Assembly: GCA_001643675.2 (NCBI GenBank)
Contig: LSRY02000010.1
Location: forward strand, 558,001 to 622,000
Origin: Monocercomonoides exilis PA203
Taxonomy: Eukaryota > Protista > Preaxostyla
Direction of reading: 5' to 3'
Length of the DNA stretch: 64,000 nucleotides
Below are positions 50,501 to 60,000 of this stretch, in pieces. How positions within the stretch are numbered: position 1 is the first letter of the stretch; every line of letters starts with the position of its first letter. A model generated the notes under the pieces. That model ran no database searches. It had not been told where the DNA came from and saw nothing but the letters and a program-made list of their open reading frames with translations. The translations under genes and the position numbers were made by a program.

Positions 50501-53500
50501 TAGAAGGATTTTGGTTGTTTGAAAGAAGTCTGCCTTGTGATTGGGGAGATGAAGAAGATGAGTAAGTGGATTCAGAACGGGAAGCTTTCTGTAATGAATG
50601 AGAATTCAAGCTGAAGCTTGAATCTTGATGAGAAGAAGAGGAGGAGGAGGAAAAAGATGAAGCAGGTGAAGAGGAACGAGTCATTGACGAATCCATCATT
50701 TCCAAAATGACAGGAAATGTGCTCATTTTCAGTCGGCTCCGGCGGAAGAATATGCAGTTGCACAAATCTGAATAATCAGCACTTGAAGAAGAAGAGCAGC
50801 TTTTGGCATCACATTCATCAGAAGAAGGAGAATGTAGCAGATTCTGTGTGAAAGAATCAGTAGATGATGATGCATTCTTTGAAGTATTTGTTTTTGTGGA
50901 TGAAAGAGACGAAGAAGAGATGAGGCCAAAGCAGAGATCTGCAGGGAGAACAGGTTGTGGTGGGATTAGCTCAAATATAAAGTCACTTTGAAGTTGCATT
51001 GTTGGTGAAGATAACTGCGATTCTTCTTCATGGCTCATATTCGAAGGAGAAGAGGCAGATGAAATAGAAAAAGGAATTGAGGAATTTGATTTAATGTTAT
51101 CAGATTTCTTTTTTGAATTGTGCGCATCTAAGGAAAGTGGAGAAACGCTTGTTGAACTTGAAGAACTTTGGAGCGGAGGAAATAAAGAAGAGACTGAAGA
51201 AGATGATGGCTGTGATGAAGACGGTGCACTTTGAAATTCTCGCTTTCGAAATCTCGACAAAAACGAAGAAAAAAACGGTTTTGAAGAAGATGATAACTTT
51301 GCATCAGAAGGAGACGAAGACGAAGATGAAGAATAAGAAGCAGAAAGAGGTGACTGAGGACTTTGATCTGGCATCTTCAATCGAAAAAGAGAAGACGAAG
51401 AAAGATTTGTATTCCGTGGAGATGTTTTGCATTCAGAAGCATTGTCGCCTAAAAGAGAGGCGGAAGCAGAAGACAAAGGAGACGAGCTATGAAGAAGTTT
51501 CCTTTGAGAAGAACAAAATGTTTTCTCTTTGCTTATTTGTGAGTATTTCAAAGCACGAGGGCGAATTGAAGGCGGGGTGGGTGTTTTTGTGAGGGTGAAG
51601 CGAGGAGAGGATGATGTGTGTGATGAATGACGAGGGGAAGAGTGAGGTGATGGCCCAGGTGAAAGAGAAGAGGAAGACAAGCGAGGAGAAACAGAAGAAG
51701 AATAAGGAGAGGAAGGAGTAGACAAAGAAGCAAGACGCAACGAGGGGGAGTTTGGAGATGGCTTGTGTGAATTGTGTGGTGTGGATGAAAGTGAGGAAGA
51801 TGGAATTTGAAGTGTATTGTGCTCAGAAAGAGGGCTCTGTGTGGTGGAAAGAGGAGGAGTGGAAATGGCACAGCCAGTTGAGTTTGATTGCAATTTGTCG
51901 GAAAAATCAGATTGATGATTGTTTTTTGCAGCATTTGAAATGCGATCAGTGGATAAAGATAATGTTGATGATGTCTGTTTATTTATTGTTTCATCTGAAT
52001 TTTTATTTGTGTACAAAATGGATTTCAGTTCGTTGAATGAGATGTGAAAGGAGTTTTTATCAGCATCTGCGGCTTGTTCGTTTTCTGGTTGATTCATCTT
52101 TAGATCTGAGGAAGGAGAGTGGAAAATTGAAGAATTGTGAGTTGGCGTTTTGAACGTATCAAATGAATTTGAACTTGTTTCTAACGAAGTATAACATTCA
52201 TCTTTTGAAGATGAAGAGCACAGAGAAGACGAAGAATTGTTTAAATCCTTCAAATTCTGTGTGGATGTTGCCAAAGCATTGCAACCAATTGTCTCTGAAT
52301 TGTTATCGTTTCCTTCATTTTTCGCATCGTCTTTCATCATCTGCTTCAAAAGCCTGTCAAGATGTGCATACAGCCTCATTCTATTGCTTAATCCTGTCCC
52401 CCACTTCTCTCTTTTCTGCCCCTCTCCATCTTCCGCTTCAATCCCTTTGATCAATCTTTCTCTCGCTTCCTTCGCACAGACTTCTGCCATCTTGTCTTCA
52501 AACTCTTCAATTCCATCGCTCTCTTCGTTCTTCACAGTGAAATTTCCCGCCTCTTTCTTTGAGCATATCATTTGTGCATACTTCTTCAGGCTCCCAATCG
52601 CAGTTGATTCTCTCTCATTTTCTGCCTTCCTCTTTTGCCTCTTGCGATTATCCATCTTTTCATTTCTCATCAAATTTGCCTTTAATTTTGCAACAGCAAT
52701 ATCCTTCTTTCGCTTCTGCTCCCTCTCCTTCATTCTTTCGGTCTGCGCTTTCTTCTTCCACTCCAACGCACATCCACATCTCGACGCCTCCTCTGCTGCT
52801 TCTGCTGCCTTCTGCACAGATCCACATGGCGCATTGATTGTCAAAGCAACGCCATCATATTCAGCAAAGAGGGCACGTGCCAGCCTTCCCACTCCATTCA
52901 CAGGGACACCCTGCAGACAGACAACATCTGGCAGCCTGAGGAGAATGACAGAGGAGATGAAGGCACATCGCAATGGCCAGGAAGATTCGAAGGAGGAAGA
53001 AGAGGAGGAAAAAGAGGAGGAAGAGGAAAAGGAGGAAGTGAAGGAGGATGGAAAACTGGGTGAGGAAGCTATATCTGATGTAAGTGATTGAATAATCGAG
53101 GATTCTGAAGAAGAAGAAGAAGTGGAAAAGGAAGAGGATGTGAGAGAAGAAGATAGCTTTGAGCATCTATCTGGTTCGGAAGCAGTTCTTGTGTGAAAGG
53201 AAAGTGAAGAAGAAGGACGAAAGCCAGAAATGGAATGAGGCGAAGTGGTATTTGTCATTGGGACAGAAGTTTGTTCAGGTGAACGGATTGGAGTTGAATT
53301 CTCTGAATGAAAAGCGGTTGAAGAAGGAGATGTGGATGGGAGCAATGAAAGTGAAGAAGCAGAATGAGAATTGGTTGATGGAAGTATTTTCTGGCTGAAA
53401 GGCACAGAAAGATTGCGACCAAACGGAAGATGTGCAGAAGAATGCTTAGGAGTTGACTCAGAAGATGCAGGAGAAGAGGCAGAAGAGGAAGAATGTGAAG

Positions 53501-55979
53501 AGAAAGAGGAAAAAAGAGGCCTAATGATTGATGGCGGTGTGGAAGGAATCGCGTAGGAATAAGCAATTGTGCTTGGGAGGAGATTATCAGAAGGCCCAGA
53601 AAGAAGAGAAGCATCAACAGCAGAGTCAATTGAATGCGTCTGTTGAGAATCAGCAGGAAGGTTATTCAGATCGGAAATGATGGGTGATGAAGATGAATGC
53701 AAAGAAGGGAGAGAAGAAAAGGATTGTAAGGAAGAGGATGAGGAAGACGATGAGGACACTGAAGAAGCTGAAGAAGTACGAGAAAAGAATGGTGAACTTG
53801 GAGCAGAAGGGATGTTTATGGAAGAAGCACATCCAATCGGAGAATTGTGAAGCAATTGAGCGTCGTTCAATTTTTGCTGTGAAAAGCTCTCAATTTTGTT
53901 CTCTCTTTGATTCAGCACAGCATTTTTGAGTTCATCTGGATTATCTGCAGATGCGCTTTGTATTTGTCCTTCATCAGAAATTAGCAGTTTTTCAATGCTT
54001 TTTCTTTTAAACCGATCTGAAGAAGAGTCCAGCTGTGTGGTGGCTGACTTCACAGCTCCAAAAGATGATCGTGCATTTTCAGACAAAATGTGAGAATTTG
54101 AAAGTGACTTCTCTTTCAAGCCATCAGAAGTCAAACTTTGTGAAGATAAAGAAAATGAAGCTCTTTTCACTTTTGTTGGTGTGTGTTGTATTCGTGTGCT
54201 TTCTTCTAAAATGCTTTTCGCTTCCTCATTCGTTTTTTCTTTCGCCTGCTTTTCGATTTCTTTCAGCAAATTTTTCCAGTCATTCAGTGCAGACGCATAA
54301 GCATCGTTTTGTGGGGAGCAATTCCAACTCAACACAGACAAATGCTCATTTGGATCGAGAAGGTAGTCATCGTCTGCACATCTCACAGTTTCTGCCAGCC
54401 CCAAAAATGCAGAAGAGGACAGTGGAGAATTTGACTGTGGATAATCTAATAAAAGTTCGTTGATTCGCAGAGGTGAAGAAAGAGGTCTGTTTTTGTCTGA
54501 AATTGGAAGATCTTTCATTTGAGACATATTTTGAATGCATCCTTGGCTTGCACAACTCTCAATTCCTTTTGCTTGTGAAGGAATCTGCGCATCAGATCGA
54601 TATTGAATCCACTTGTTTGTCAATTCTCTTTCAGAATTCTCTCTATGCAATCGATCATTTTGCACAAATGATTGCGCATTCTTGTTCTGTTGAGCAGCCA
54701 ATCCTTCATTCATTTCGGTGATTGTTCCTCCTTCTCCTTTCGTCAGGCGCTGTTGCATTCCTTTGCCTTCTTTCAAGTACTTTAATTTGTGTAAAGTTTT
54801 TATTTCTTCTTTGTTTGTCAATCCATATCGCTTTTCAGTTTCAATCATCCTCTTCTCTGCCTCTTTTTCTTCTCTCTCTTTTCTCCTCTCCTCTCTTCTT
54901 CTCATCTTTTCTTCCATTCTCTTTTCCATCTTTTTCTTCAGCTCCTCATTTTCCAGTTTCCTGACGGCTTTTGTTTTCAGCAGACTGTCATAAACATAAT
55001 AGAAATATTCAGGTGAAACAATCTTCTCCAACCACGCCTCCTCCAAGCCGATAACACATCCTACGCTTTCTTCGCTGTATAATTCTTCGCCTCGCAAAGC
55101 AAACAGAACAGGAACCTGCTCTTCGCCAATAAGCTCTGCAATCTCACTGAACGCTTCTTTCGCTTGTTCTGAACTGCTTCTCTCTGGAAGCTCCTCAAGG
55201 CTTTGAACAACATCCAAGATAAGCCCAGCGCGCGAAGAGTTCGTATCCATTTGCTCGTGCTCTGATCTACGAATCATTGATACGTCTATTCCACATAGAG
55301 ATTCCATCAAAGACTGCTTTTCGAAAATTAAAAGCCCAGCTGTTGCATATGTTCGAGCTCTCATCAGTGAGAAAAGGGATGAAGGAGAATGATGCTGAAA
55401 AAATATTGAATGATTTGATAAGTTAATAGGAATATCAAAATCGCAAATTTCAAAAATCATCTTTGTATAAATGCCCATTTTCTTTTCACAAACCTGTGTG
55501 TTCAACACTCTGTTGTCAAAAGACGAGAGTTCTTGCCTTGGAAGTTCTTTTCTAATCTCTGCTCGAAAGCAGCCCAAATACGAAACATTTTCTGATGAAA
55601 TTAAGGCAGGAAGTTTAAATATTGGGCAGTCCACAGCACAGTAAATTTGATGATAAATCACAACTTTCAGCTTTCCACCAACATCTTCGTGTTTTGGAAT
55701 GTATCGACTGTACAAAAGCAGAATCAAATAGCAATAAGCGTATATTACAAAACGAATAATGAAGAACACAAAAATAGTTGCAAACCCTCCTTGAGATACA
55801 ATTTCCCAACTCTTTCCCGGATGCTGAATGCTCCATTCCACGAAAATGTGCGACGAATACAAAACATCTAAATATTTTTCTGGCAATCCAATTTCAATGC
55901 CTTCAACAATTTTCTTTGGAAGAGAAAAGTATTGATGTCTTATTATGTTAGAAATATTCTTTGAAGATGTTTGCCCCAT
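44502..55979 (-). CDS. ~3800 aa Ser-rich protein with a dispersed, degenerate CCR4/PDE12/nocturnin-type EEP domain
   Basis: Single 3825-codon ORF with a probable in-frame 78 nt intron 55785-55708 (GTTTGC...TACAG), giving GRYIPKHEDVGGKLK, similar to the YTPxxxDVGxxLK N-terminal motif of PDE12/plant CCR4. EEP motifs occur in the expected order: LSVLSWN, WPLR...PDVVCLQGV, CIFFRRSRL, FLVVNALL, PVIICGDLG. Confidence 0.7.
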   Translation of the reverse strand: MGQTSSKNISNIIRHQYFSLPKKIVEGIEIGLPEKYLDVLYSSHIFVEWSIQHPGKSWEIVSQGGFATIFVFFIIRFVIYAYCYLILLLYSRYIPKHEDVGGKLKVVIYHQIYCAVDCPIFKLPALISSENVSYLGCFRAEIRKELPRQELSSFDNRVLNTQVCEKKMGIYTKMIFEICDFDIPINLSNHSIFFQHHSPSSLFSLMRARTYATAGLLIFEKQSLMESLCGIDVSMIRRSEHEQMDTNSSRAGLILDVVQSLEELPERSSSEQAKEAFSEIAELIGEEQVPVLFALRGEELYSEESVGCVIGLEEAWLEKIVSPEYFYYVYDSLLKTKAVRKLENEELKKKMEKRMEEKMRRREERRKEREEKEAEKRMIETEKRYGLTNKEEIKTLHKLKYLKEGKGMQQRLTKGEGGTITEMNEGLAAQQNKNAQSFVQNDRLHRENSERELTNKWIQYRSDAQIPSQAKGIESCASQGCIQNMSQMKDLPISDKNRPLSSPLRINELLLDYPQSNSPLSSSAFLGLAETVRCADDDYLLDPNEHLSVLSWNCSPQNDAYASALNDWKNLLKEIEKQAKEKTNEEAKSILEESTRIQHTPTKVKRASFSLSSQSLTSDGLKEKSLSNSHILSENARSSFGAVKSATTQLDSSSDRFKRKSIEKLLISDEGQIQSASADNPDELKNAVLNQRENKIESFSQQKLNDAQLLHNSPIGCASSINIPSAPSSPFFSRTSSASSVSSSSSSSSSLQSFSSLPSLHSSSSPIISDLNNLPADSQQTHSIDSAVDASLLSGPSDNLLPSTIAYSYAIPSTPPSIIRPLFSSFSSHSSSSASSPASSESTPKHSSAHLPFGRNLSVPFSQKILPSTNSHSASSLSLLPSTSPSSTAFHSENSTPIRSPEQTSVPMTNTTSPHSISGFRPSSSLSFHTRTASEPDRCSKLSSSLTSSSFSTSSSSSESSIIQSLTSDIASSPSFPSSFTSSFSSSSSFSSSSSSFESSWPLRCAFISSVILLRLPDVVCLQGVPVNGVGRLARALFAEYDGVALTINAPCGSVQKAAEAAEEASRCGCALEWKKKAQTERMKEREQKRKKDIAVAKLKANLMRNEKMDNRKRQKRKAENERESTAIGSLKKYAQMICSKKEAGNFTVKNEESDGIEEFEDKMAEVCAKEARERLIKGIEAEDGEGQKREKWGTGLSNRMRLYAHLDRLLKQMMKDDAKNEGNDNNSETIGCNALATSTQNLKDLNNSSSSLCSSSSKDECYTSLETSSNSFDTFKTPTHNSSIFHSPSSDLKMNQPENEQAADADKNSFHISFNELKSILYTNKNSDETINKQTSSTLSLSTDRISNAAKNNHQSDFSDKLQSNSTGCAISTPPLSTTQSPLSEHNTLQIPSSSLSSTPHNSHKPSPNSPSLRLASLSTPSSPYSSSVSPRLSSSSLSPGPSPHSSPRHSSHTSSSPRFTLTKTPTPPSIRPRALKYSQISKEKTFCSSQRKLLHSSSPLSSASASLLGDNASECKTSPRNTNLSSSSLFRLKMPDQSPQSPLSASYSSSSSSSPSDAKLSSSSKPFFSSFLSRFRKREFQSAPSSSQPSSSSVSSLFPPLQSSSSSTSVSPLSLDAHNSKKKSDNIKSNSSIPFSISSASSPSNMSHEEESQLSSPTMQLQSDFIFELIPPQPVLPADLCFGLISSSSLSSTKTNTSKNASSSTDSFTQNLLHSPSSDECDAKSCSSSSSADYSDLCNCIFFRRSRLKMSTFPVILEMMDSSMTRSSSPASSFSSSSSSSHQDSSFSLNSHSLQKASRSESTYSSSSSPQSQGRLLSNNQNPSRKPLSSASNYPSIHLHSPLPSANNEASSALSQLLRASLATRTPPSAVCAMRSIGLWLDVRKSAIKIKNEPFILPADVAVAAAPLRDKLLKDRERAYSEILGTGKLKKSARRRITELRAEEEEKRIAIWRKRGVAEEKVKEMRRIREEMKEPAKHDPVLTKIVERFYKKAANSKKGNRNEEPSEGNEGVLKLPICELPLPLRCVNEALMFNRPNLITRIDRNECGSEDWRMFEREIMLFRDYFIPYNIGGMKEEVKSAEKGIIAKVIEAKEKAIESKEKIETNVKCVANSKKEQSAELVEKDKENPEELPSNSEQSEWEEYEEEEEIVIEKENEMKKDGKSDDLRNKTKDDHNGIANIQIARDVDVDEQTRKKTTTLIHHPQNPLTFLERSEQQRIDSFCDSPLRPLPLQPSQSNSAFLLRRELTLNQKMHETKLTPSERRLRAHQRREAFEARMQKIDGKMARCGILDEMELEQEINDSDEVNMKIGMLVQMPSQRRPEHCTDISAPTTLTDVACQHYSSAEISEKQTAKASEFINATLQATDNICGEQKEILSEEVKASVLAIENGQDESEKKKIVAMKKKKKKKKKQSRSVFDVTDKAATKESSSNSKEISTKVLVTDSEKTHSGNKSNFSKNAEGKCSVKLEHSDKSKEQVSKKKEIGNCGKEIEEIKKLERIQMEEQERKARFLQNRRDNRLIEAREQIVVAAMTAALASAIKAARDVLSSDADKSHVTLLGAPLALVLKCKCGQINSSSSISSSSHSFSNTHHSKNISHRIYLSSFMNWETKIVDCESELNDALCESTFPSVFDCTNPPPLIISFPHPYLLSFLSQLCIPISFDRPFISPVKESRGMHSFNNVNFQLGPSQLDVLCQSAVQSSEQRHTLKNSQFLVVNALLCDEKQGEEVQFIQMLHLAHGIHQARLELVKEKERMEAAERKIREIEEEKERLRLQWLNQVSAEAFYGKKVSEIPRNVVLTSVMQRSSSISSEQTTNPISPDSMIEKNNSSHSLSPVIICGDLGIRGVGSSVLSFSEKGMESNGHEALKWSSVVQQLCLKESKGKCQCELMDKTRKSSVAKRKPSRKEALEIDNQWLRMVEEGVKDIERRRKSECRNKSETKRTTLRKKRRKKRSKYKHKEQKSDLFQMKNETGTENELIPSLLQWQGIEKSSICSLQRRNSLREKIAVPSLLAVEGNSAQYAAFNFEPNFLLSNLQNFRKQSVLPTYGSCFPFSEAARKIPFDSTRIQAIVYPANHLTNEHLNTRKIRRIHKQQKDASSLSCYPVSLMKRSSSLSPHSLRSKRKRSDFFDRNHSEDLSALLNLSGNESASHQNFPLQFLTSMQKNNSAFIQSHLTNTYYCKSSDNEKLNLWIKSQDSDVKNSFMRLNAPFFSANNNPIQKSIELDSSSSFASWLSFFTCKQPMPSSILPSSQQHIIAPSYAFDGCTPHHLKQIQTNSQNKLISAFNDFPLEKDKKQEENDDTDKALHLSIPLSASMQQFKENPSSERIDDSVNANASINPFCSDSIMTNKKAFENIDEKLRASKFFSTVSDEDSSSNLLPDYFTESKTKDNCQKNVVDVPVLASSFDKWIEFLDLGEEEKTLEKTEKKEEKDESITKEIDDDHLFEISTEKNVDMKNKSSGEEEEEEEEGDEGEECSEDSMLAMETESFEQSMKITYVDHSHHNKSSGEDGLNEKGIESSEKNEEENEFVNELKMELKQESKQNTGNIAKDCLCCINEDDNASDLKYSNKPRNGLIHVEMGLCKKIQKKEIIPNHKFQSSNIHEQISQTSSKEQKKAKVKRLMRIMNEPISLRSLISSDRLQATGRSEPLFFTQKDFKHSRKNLQKSISFQKFEKSSNIRDIHNTHVTLFSNECHLPNEPVVIYKSPIRFVDSWLNVSSFYSQFSSTASPFFSTSTHFFPFESKIPFFESILSTPHLQPLSFSVLHPAISLEFVQLIEAFRRKGMIDLHASSTYSPPQPLFAFPSKPSMYNPVITIFHRFWME

Positions 55980-56249
55980 CTTGTTGCAAAATGTTCCCTT
56001 TCTCTATCTTAAACTCAAAGAAAAAATGTAATGTAATCAATACTTATTTTTCAAAGTACTGATTGAATCCGCTTAAATAAATAAAATATAAAATATTTAA
56101 AAAATTATTATATATTTTTGTGATGATCTTCGAATATTTAAAATCAATTTATGAGTTTTTTTAATGATATTCAATGTTTCATGTTATAATTTCATAAATC
56201 AAGATATTTTCATATTTTTGCCCACAACAATATAACTGGCTTTTTTTTA

Positions 56250-56652
56250 ATGTTTTTATTGTTACTTATTAATGTAATCAACGTAAACTGCTTGGAGAAT
56301 TCTGAAAGCAATTTTTATGAAGCACACAAATTCAAAGAAGAAAAGACCAAAAATGAAAAGCAATATCAGAGTTTTTCATATTCATCAACTCTTCTTCTTT
56401 CCGTTTTTCTCGGATTTGTTGGAGCAGACAGATTTTATCTTGGGCACACTACACTTGGATTTATTAAATTATTTACTCTTGGTGGATTCGGATTTTTTTA
56501 TATTGCAGATATTATTCTGATTGCTTTTCAAGTTTGTTTTCAGTTTTATTGCAAATTTTATCTTTTATTGCTTTGCACATGATCAGGTTGTTCAGCCTGT
56601 TCGAGGATTTTACACATTTCCACCCGTTATTCCAAACTTACTTTTAAAATGA
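56250..56652 (+). CDS. TM2-domain-containing membrane protein
   Basis: Signal-like N-terminus and TM2 signature LLLSVFLGFVGADRFYLG...GFIKLFTLGGFG...DIILI. Intron 56532-56586 (GTTTGT...CAG). Exon 2 reads VVQPVRG...K*. Confidence 0.88.
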
Positions 56653-57083
56653 ATAAGAGAGCGAATGAGTTGAAGTTTTTTTATAAGATTAATCTTCATC
56701 TTTGTTAGTATTTGCTATCAACCAAATTCAAAAGTGGATCTTCAGCGAACTAAAATTCCATTGGTGCGAACTCGAACAATTTGAAAAGATTGAAGAGAAA
56801 GAAGCAAGCGTCACTTTGAAAAGTTCAATAATGTTTATTGTGAAAATTAAATGAAGCTTTTTTATCTTTTCAAAAACAATCAACAAAATTGCGTTTTTGG
56901 ATCAGTTCAAGTCATATTAAAGAGAAATAAAAAGAAAGAACATTTGTAAAATTGGGATTAAAAGGATTGAAAAGTGAAGTGAATCTTTTTTTCAGATAAA
57001 TAAATACTTTTTCGAATTCTGAAATGAAATTATCGAAAATCATTTGCCATAATGCTCTTCATTTTTTAATTTCAACATCCCCT

Positions 57084-60000
57084 CTACTCATCGTCTTCAT
57101 CTTCGTCGTCTTCGTCGTCTTCATCGTCGTCGTCTTCATCCTCCTCTTCCTCTTCATCCTCTTCATCAAATTCTTCTAATCCTTCATAGCTTTCATCATC
57201 ATCTTCATCGTCGTCATACTCGTCCATATCTTCATCTAAGTATTCATCCAAATCTTCATCCATATCCTCTCCATCACTCATTGAAAGATCATCTGGCAAA
57301 TTGCGAATTCTTTTCTTTTTCTCTTTTGCAAGAACACTTGGATCAAAACTGACAGATGAAGGAAGATAAGGACCGCTAAGCTTTGCATGTTCTTCAGCAT
57401 TTGAAGTCGAATCCTTCACTGCTGAATTCTCTTTCTGTTCACTTGCCTTCGACACGGCTTCTTCTTCTTCTTCTTCAGGAGGATAGATGCTTGACGATGG
57501 GCTGAATACACATACGACCAGAGAAGGAACAAAAGCTGTTTTTTCCTTTCGCTTCATCAAAGCAGCTCGTACACAGCTGAAAAGAGTCGATTGTACCAAC
57601 AAATTTTCAGAAGCTGAAGATGACGAAGCATTCGAGTTTTGCTCTGACGATTCCCCGTTTCCTTCAGCTTTGTCTGTTGCAGGCTGCATTTGGTTGGTGT
57701 TATTGGTAGAATTGTCTAATTTCTGAATGAGTGGAGGAACCGTATAAAATGGCATCCTTCCGCTTCTCCAGTCTTCCATCACTGCCTTTGCGGCTTTTTT
57801 CAGTAAAATCATCTCAAAGTTATTCAAGCTAGCATCTTTTTCTGCTCTGGCTCTTCTCTTTGCTTCTTTCTTCTTCTTATTCAGATTTTCTTGTCTTTTT
57901 TGTCCCTTTTTGTTGAGTTTAACGTATTCTTCGGAGTCATCTTCCTCAGAATCTTCTTCTTCTTCTTCTTCGCTTTCAATGACTTTGTCAAGTTTTGACT
58001 CATCTTCCACATCCATTTTGATTGAATCATCTTCCTTTTTGGCTGCCTGTTTGCCTTTTACTTGCTGCTTCTTATTCTTCTTTCCTTTGCCCTGTTTCAC
58101 ATCAGCCATCCATTCATTCTCTAGTTGATTGATAAGCTCTTCCTTCTCTTTCCTTCCTCTTCCCTTCTGTTCTCTTGCCTTTCTCAATCTGTTTGACTCC
58201 ATTCGCGAAATACGAGCTTTTTCCTTCGCCTCTTCTCTCTCTTCTCTTCTCTTCTGCAATGCTTCTGTGTATCTCTTCATCAGATTCTCTGGAAGATCCA
58301 GATGTGTCGCAAAGGAATAAATGAACTCCTTCAAGTCGTGGAACTGTGGAAGAGAATATCGCTTGATGAGAGGGAGAAGATTCACATTGGCAGAAACAGG
58401 AGAAGATGGATAAAAATACTCATTGTGTGCTGATGATGAGGAGGAGGATGAAGCATTAGAAGACTTGTCTGTTGGATGCACTTCCACAAGATGTGATGCA
58501 AATTGCGGTGTCTCTGCCACAAGCGCAAGGAAGAAGAGGGCATCTTCCATCGACTTGCTCCGAAGCATTGAACGAATAAAACGCATCATCTTGTCGATTT
58601 CTTTGGTTTCCGGCTTATCTGCTTTGTTTGCCTTTTTATTCTTTTTGTTTTTATTTTCTTCTTTCTTCTTTTCTTCTTTTGATTTTTCTTTTTCTTTTTT
58701 ATCATCTTTTTTATCATCTTTTTCTTTATCTTCCTCTTTCTTCTCATTTGCATCGTTTTCTTCTGTCTCTGCTTTGTTCTCTTGGATGGCATTCTTTAAT
58801 GGATCGTCGTTCTCTTTGATTGTTCCTGTTGCCATCACAACCTCCACATCATCACCAGCAAGAATAACTGGTATCAAAGGCAATGAACCTGAAATTAATA
58901 AAAGAGAGATAAAAAAAAATACAGAAAAGCAAAGTTAGAAGAAGAGGAGGAGGAAAAAAAATAGCATTTTCATAAAAATAAATAAATAAATAGCAAATTT
59001 TTTATAAAAGATTATTTGACATTATCAGAAGTAATCAAAATAATAATAATAATAATAATAATTTTTCAATATCATTTTTTTTTCCTCAATACAAACTTCC
59101 TGCAACTTTAATGACAGTTGATTCAGGAGGCATCAAAACAGTCGGATGCCATCGATTCTTCTTATCCTTTCTGCCACGATGTGCATGGCGCGATTTCTTT
59201 GGAATGAATTCTTCTTCTTCCTCTTCTTCCTCTTCCTCTTCCTCCTCATTTTCTTCATTTTCTTCTTTCTTTTCTTTTCCTTCTTCTTCTTCCTTCTGCT
59301 GATTTTCATTTTGCTGTGCTTCTGAGGGTTTCATCGCTTTCTCATCCATTTGACTGTTTTCTCCTTCTCCTTCTTTCTTTTGCAATTTCTCTTCATTTGT
59401 TGCTTCATTTGGCTTCTGATTATTATTCTCTGTTGCTTCTACTGTTACTGCTGCTGCTGCTGATGATGATGATGCTTCTTTGCTATTTTCAGCATTATCT
59501 TTTTGTTTTGTGGATTTTTCGCATTTTTCAGATTCTGTTTGCGTGTGATTGTCTTTCTCTTTTGTTTTTTCTGTCTTTTTCTTCTCCTTTTTCTGATTGT
59601 CTTCTTTCTTTCCTTCAACATTTGTGCTCTCTTCATCCATTTTCATTTTAGCTTCCTCTTCGTCACTCAAATTTTCTTCTTCAACTCCTTCCTCTTCTTC
59701 TTCCTCCTCTTCCTCTTCCTCTTCCTCGTCATCATCTTCATACTCACTATCATCTTCATCCCCTTCATCCTCAGAATCAAAATCTCCGTTTTCTTTCCTC
59801 ATAATCGTCTCTCTCTTTGACAACACTCTTTGAAGCATGCGCAAAAGTGATTTTTTCCCCGTTCCTTCATATCCCACAACACTCACACGAAGAGATGAGG
59901 CATCTTCGGCTGAGCTTTCGTTTTTGGCTTCTTCTGCTTTCTTTTCAGCTGACATCTGTCGAAGAACATTCATCAAAATGTCGTGGCCTGATTATTAACA

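Noticed and set aside
55708-55785. Apparent transmembrane helix near the N-terminus of the 3825 aa ORF
   Set aside because: Coincides with an in-frame GTTTGC...CAG intron; the T-rich intron mimics hydrophobic codons.
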